NCBI GenBank assembly: GCA_963702425.1
Contig: CAVPCQ010000041.1
Span: 1 to 38,780, forward strand
Length of the DNA: 38,780 bases
Direction: 5' to 3'
Source of the DNA: an uncultured Acidobacteriota bacterium
GTDB lineage: Bacteria; Acidobacteriota; Polarisedimenticolia; J045
Below are positions 36,753-38,780 of the stretch, piece after piece (position 1 is the stretch's first letter; each line of letters starts with the position of its first letter). The notes beneath the pieces are model-generated. The model was not told where the DNA came from and ran no database searches. It saw nothing but the letters and a program-made list of their open reading frames with translations. The translations under genes and the position numbers were made by a program.

Positions 36753-36805
36753 GTCGGTAAGCCGTCCGAATCGGGGACAGCTTACCGACTTACGGTTGCT
36801 GTCCC
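36731..36805. repeat. Long palindrome (26-bp perfect arms) overlapping the galE stop
   Basis: GGGACAGCAACCGTAAGTCGGTAAGC (36737-36762) pairs with GCTTACCGACTTACGGTTGCTGTCCC (36780-36805). GAATCGGGGACAGC is also repeated directly at 36731 and 36768. Confidence 0.9.
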
Positions 36806-36860
36806 TGTTCCTCCGTTCCCGCGGTCGGGACGATCCCGGAGATTCGCGGAGCGATCCAAT

Positions 36861-36881
36861 GCGAGCGGCCGGTACGCTCGC
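36861..36881 (+). promoter_or_regulatory. Candidate TA operator overlapping a -10 box
   Basis: GCGAGCG-N7-CGCTCGC palindrome. TACGCT (36873-36878) lies 6 nt before the GTG start and there is no SD sequence. Confidence 0.4.
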
Positions 36882-36884
36882 GGC

Positions 36885-37211
36885 GTGACGGCACTGATCC
36901 CATGCCCTCCGCTGGCAGCGACGATCGCGCTGACGGTCTCGCGCCGGCGGCACATCGTGGAACGTCATCCCGAGATGGCCGGCCACCTCCGTCGCGTCGT
37001 GGAGTCGATCCGTGAGCCCGACGCGATACGCCGGAGCCGCTGGGACGAACAGGCCCGCGTGCTCCACCGCTGGTATGCTGACTGCATGGGGGGCAAGCAC
37101 CTCGTGGTCGTCGTCCGGCTCGAGCCGGGCCGCGCCCGCTGGGGGAAGGTGCTCACCGCGTATCTCTCGAGCCGCGAACCAAGAGGGGCCATGGAATGGA
37201 AGCGAAGCTGA
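36885..37211 (+). CDS. Putative RelE-like/PBECR-fold ribonuclease toxin
   Basis: 108 aa and basic, with the pattern HIVERHPEM...PDAIRRS..D...WY....KHLVVVV...VLTAY. It overlaps a DUF2283-like gene. Confidence 0.65.
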   Translation: MTALIPCPPLAATIALTVSRRRHIVERHPEMAGHLRRVVESIREPDAIRRSRWDEQARVLHRWYADCMGGKHLVVVVRLEPGRARWGKVLTAYLSSREPRGAMEWKRS

Positions 37212-37432
37212 CCTTCCGCTTCTACCCCGACGAGGACATCCTCTACGTCGGCGTGAGAGAGCCCTACTCCGGCCAGGTCGTCGAGGAACTGGAGGAGGGG
37301 GTTGTGGCGCGCATGAACCCGGGCAGCCGCGACGTCGAGAACCTCGAAATCCTGTACGTCTCGCGCCGCCTCGCCGCCGGGGGCGCGCTCGAGTTGCCGG
37401 TACTCGCCGCACTTCGGCTCGCTGCGCCGTAG
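37196..37432 (+). CDS. DUF2283-like putative antitoxin
   Basis: 78 aa and acidic; YPDEDILYV...ELEEGVVAR.N...VENLEIL fits the DUF2283 pattern. Confidence 0.75.
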   Translation: MEAKLTFRFYPDEDILYVGVREPYSGQVVEELEEGVVARMNPGSRDVENLEILYVSRRLAAGGALELPVLAALRLAAP

Positions 37433-37453
37433 CCTCGAGCCGCCGGCCTTCCC

Positions 37454-38780
37454 CTACTTCGCCCCTCTCGCCAGCAGCACGACCGGGATCGTCTTCAGCA
37501 GGATCTTGAGGTCGAGCCCCAGCGACCAGTTGTCGATGTACTCCATGTCGAGCTTCATCCAGGAGTCGAAGTCGATCTCGTTGCGCCCGCCGACCTGCCA
37601 CAGGCAGGTGATCCCGGGCTTCATCGACAGCCGCCGGCGCTGCCAGCGCTCGTACTGCTCGACCTCCTTGGGGAGCGGCGGCCGCGGCCCGACCAGGGAC
37701 ATGTCGCCGACGAAGACGTTCCAGAGCTGCGGCAGCTCGTCGATCGAGAACTTGCGCATCCACTTGCCGACCGGCGTGATCCGCGGGTCGTTGGTCATCT
37801 TGAAGACCGGGCCCGACATCTCGTTCTGGGCCAGCAGCTCGGCCTGGCGCTGCTCGGCGTCGGAGAACATCGAGCGGAACTTGAGGATCTTGAAGCGGCG
37901 GCCCGAGAGCCCGAGCGCGTCCGCCCGAAGAAGACCGGGCCGGGCGAGCTGAGCCTGACGGCCAGCGCGGCCGCACCCAGCACGGGCGAGAGCGCGAGCA
38001 GCCCCAGCCCCGACGCGGTCACGTCGATCGCGCGCTTCAGGAACAGCGCGATCGGGTCGGCCGGCGTCGAGCGCAGCGTCAGGATCGGCGTCCCCTCGAA
38101 CTCGCCGATGTAGGTCCGCGAGAGGATCACGCCGACCGCGTCGCCGCGCAGGTGGACGGTCGTGCCGACCTCCTCCAGCTTCCAGATCGTCTTCTCGTGG
38201 CGCGCGGCTTCGTCCAGGCCGACCGCGAAGATGACGGCGTCGACGACCGAGCGGTCGACGATCTGCGGCAGCTCCTCGACCGTGCCCATCGTCGCGCGCG
38301 CCGGGTCGCCCTCGCGCTCCCCCGGCAGCGAGACGAAGCCGGCGATCTTGTAGCCCAGGTAGGGCCGGCGTGCGATCGTATCGGCGATGTGCCGCGCCGC
38401 CGGGCCGGTCCCGACCACGACCGCGTTGAGCATCCCGTAGCCGTGCAGCCGCAGCAGGTTGAAGGTTTCCCGCACCGCCAGCCGCACCAGCGCAAAGCCG
38501 AGGAACGCGAAGGCCAGCGCCAGGGCGACGACCGCGCGCGAGAAGACCCGGTCGCGCAGGACGTAGGCGAAGGCGAAGGCGCCGACGACCGCGATCGGGA
38601 AGGCCCGGCCGACCGAAAACAGGATCTGGACCGCGCCGCGGATCCGCGGCCATTCGTAGGCGCCGCCGAGGTAGAGGGCGCCGAGGACGATCGGGAGGAG
38701 GCCGACGAAGAGGATCGAGTACTCGGGCTGCAGGCGGACCGTCCCGGTCCAGATCTCCGACAGGCGTGGCAGGACCTTGG
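37454..38780 (-). pseudogene. Polyprenyl-phosphate sugar phosphotransferase (WcaJ/WbaP family); 5' end outside the window; one base missing near 37910-37912 (likely sequencing error)
   Basis: The frame is open from the window edge through TM helices, VVVGTG, LKRAIDV and SPGPVFF. The other frame continues GLSGRRFKILKFRSM, DPRITPVG, SIDELPQLWNV, GDMSLVGPRP and KPGITCLWQV. Confidence 0.88.

Overview
Very GC-rich bacterial chromosomal DNA, probably Acidobacteriota (inferred from the acidobacterial-type VWA protein, carboxypeptidase-regulatory-like domains and TPR-rich secreted proteins). It carries about 34 protein genes; I saw no rRNA, tRNA, CRISPR array, integrase or transposase. (1) 1-5.7 kb, minus strand: cupin, phosphomannomutase, acyl carrier protein, AMP-forming ligase, NadE-like enzyme, then a secreted TonB-C-like protein. 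(2) 6.0-12.8 kb, plus strand and divergent from (1): three secreted FN3/Ig-domain paralogues, a soluble PAS histidine kinase and a sigma54 activator. The first two paralogues each have a sigma54 -24/-12 element and share an upstream motif at almost the same distance; one also has a consensus IHF site. This is the best candidate for an undescribed system, a sigma54-controlled surface or matrix protein module beside polysaccharide-modification genes. (3) 12.8-22 kb: DegT aminotransferase, a metallophosphoesterase with altered active-site motifs and an inserted beta-sandwich, dCMP deaminase, DacB, PilT with an extra N-domain, and two tandem OprO/P-like porins. (4) 22-35 kb: secreted VWA, TPR and thioredoxin proteins, mtaB, purE, purD, a GalT homologue lacking the catalytic His, GH57/DUF3536 and DedA. 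(5) 35-38.8 kb: a repeat-rich intergenic region containing a predicted three-way junction with complementary loops, galE, a long palindrome, a RelE-like/DUF2283 toxin-antitoxin pair and a WcaJ-type sugar transferase that runs off the edge. Three genes have single-base frameshifts at short G runs, most likely sequencing errors. All family calls come from reading motifs by eye, not from database searches.
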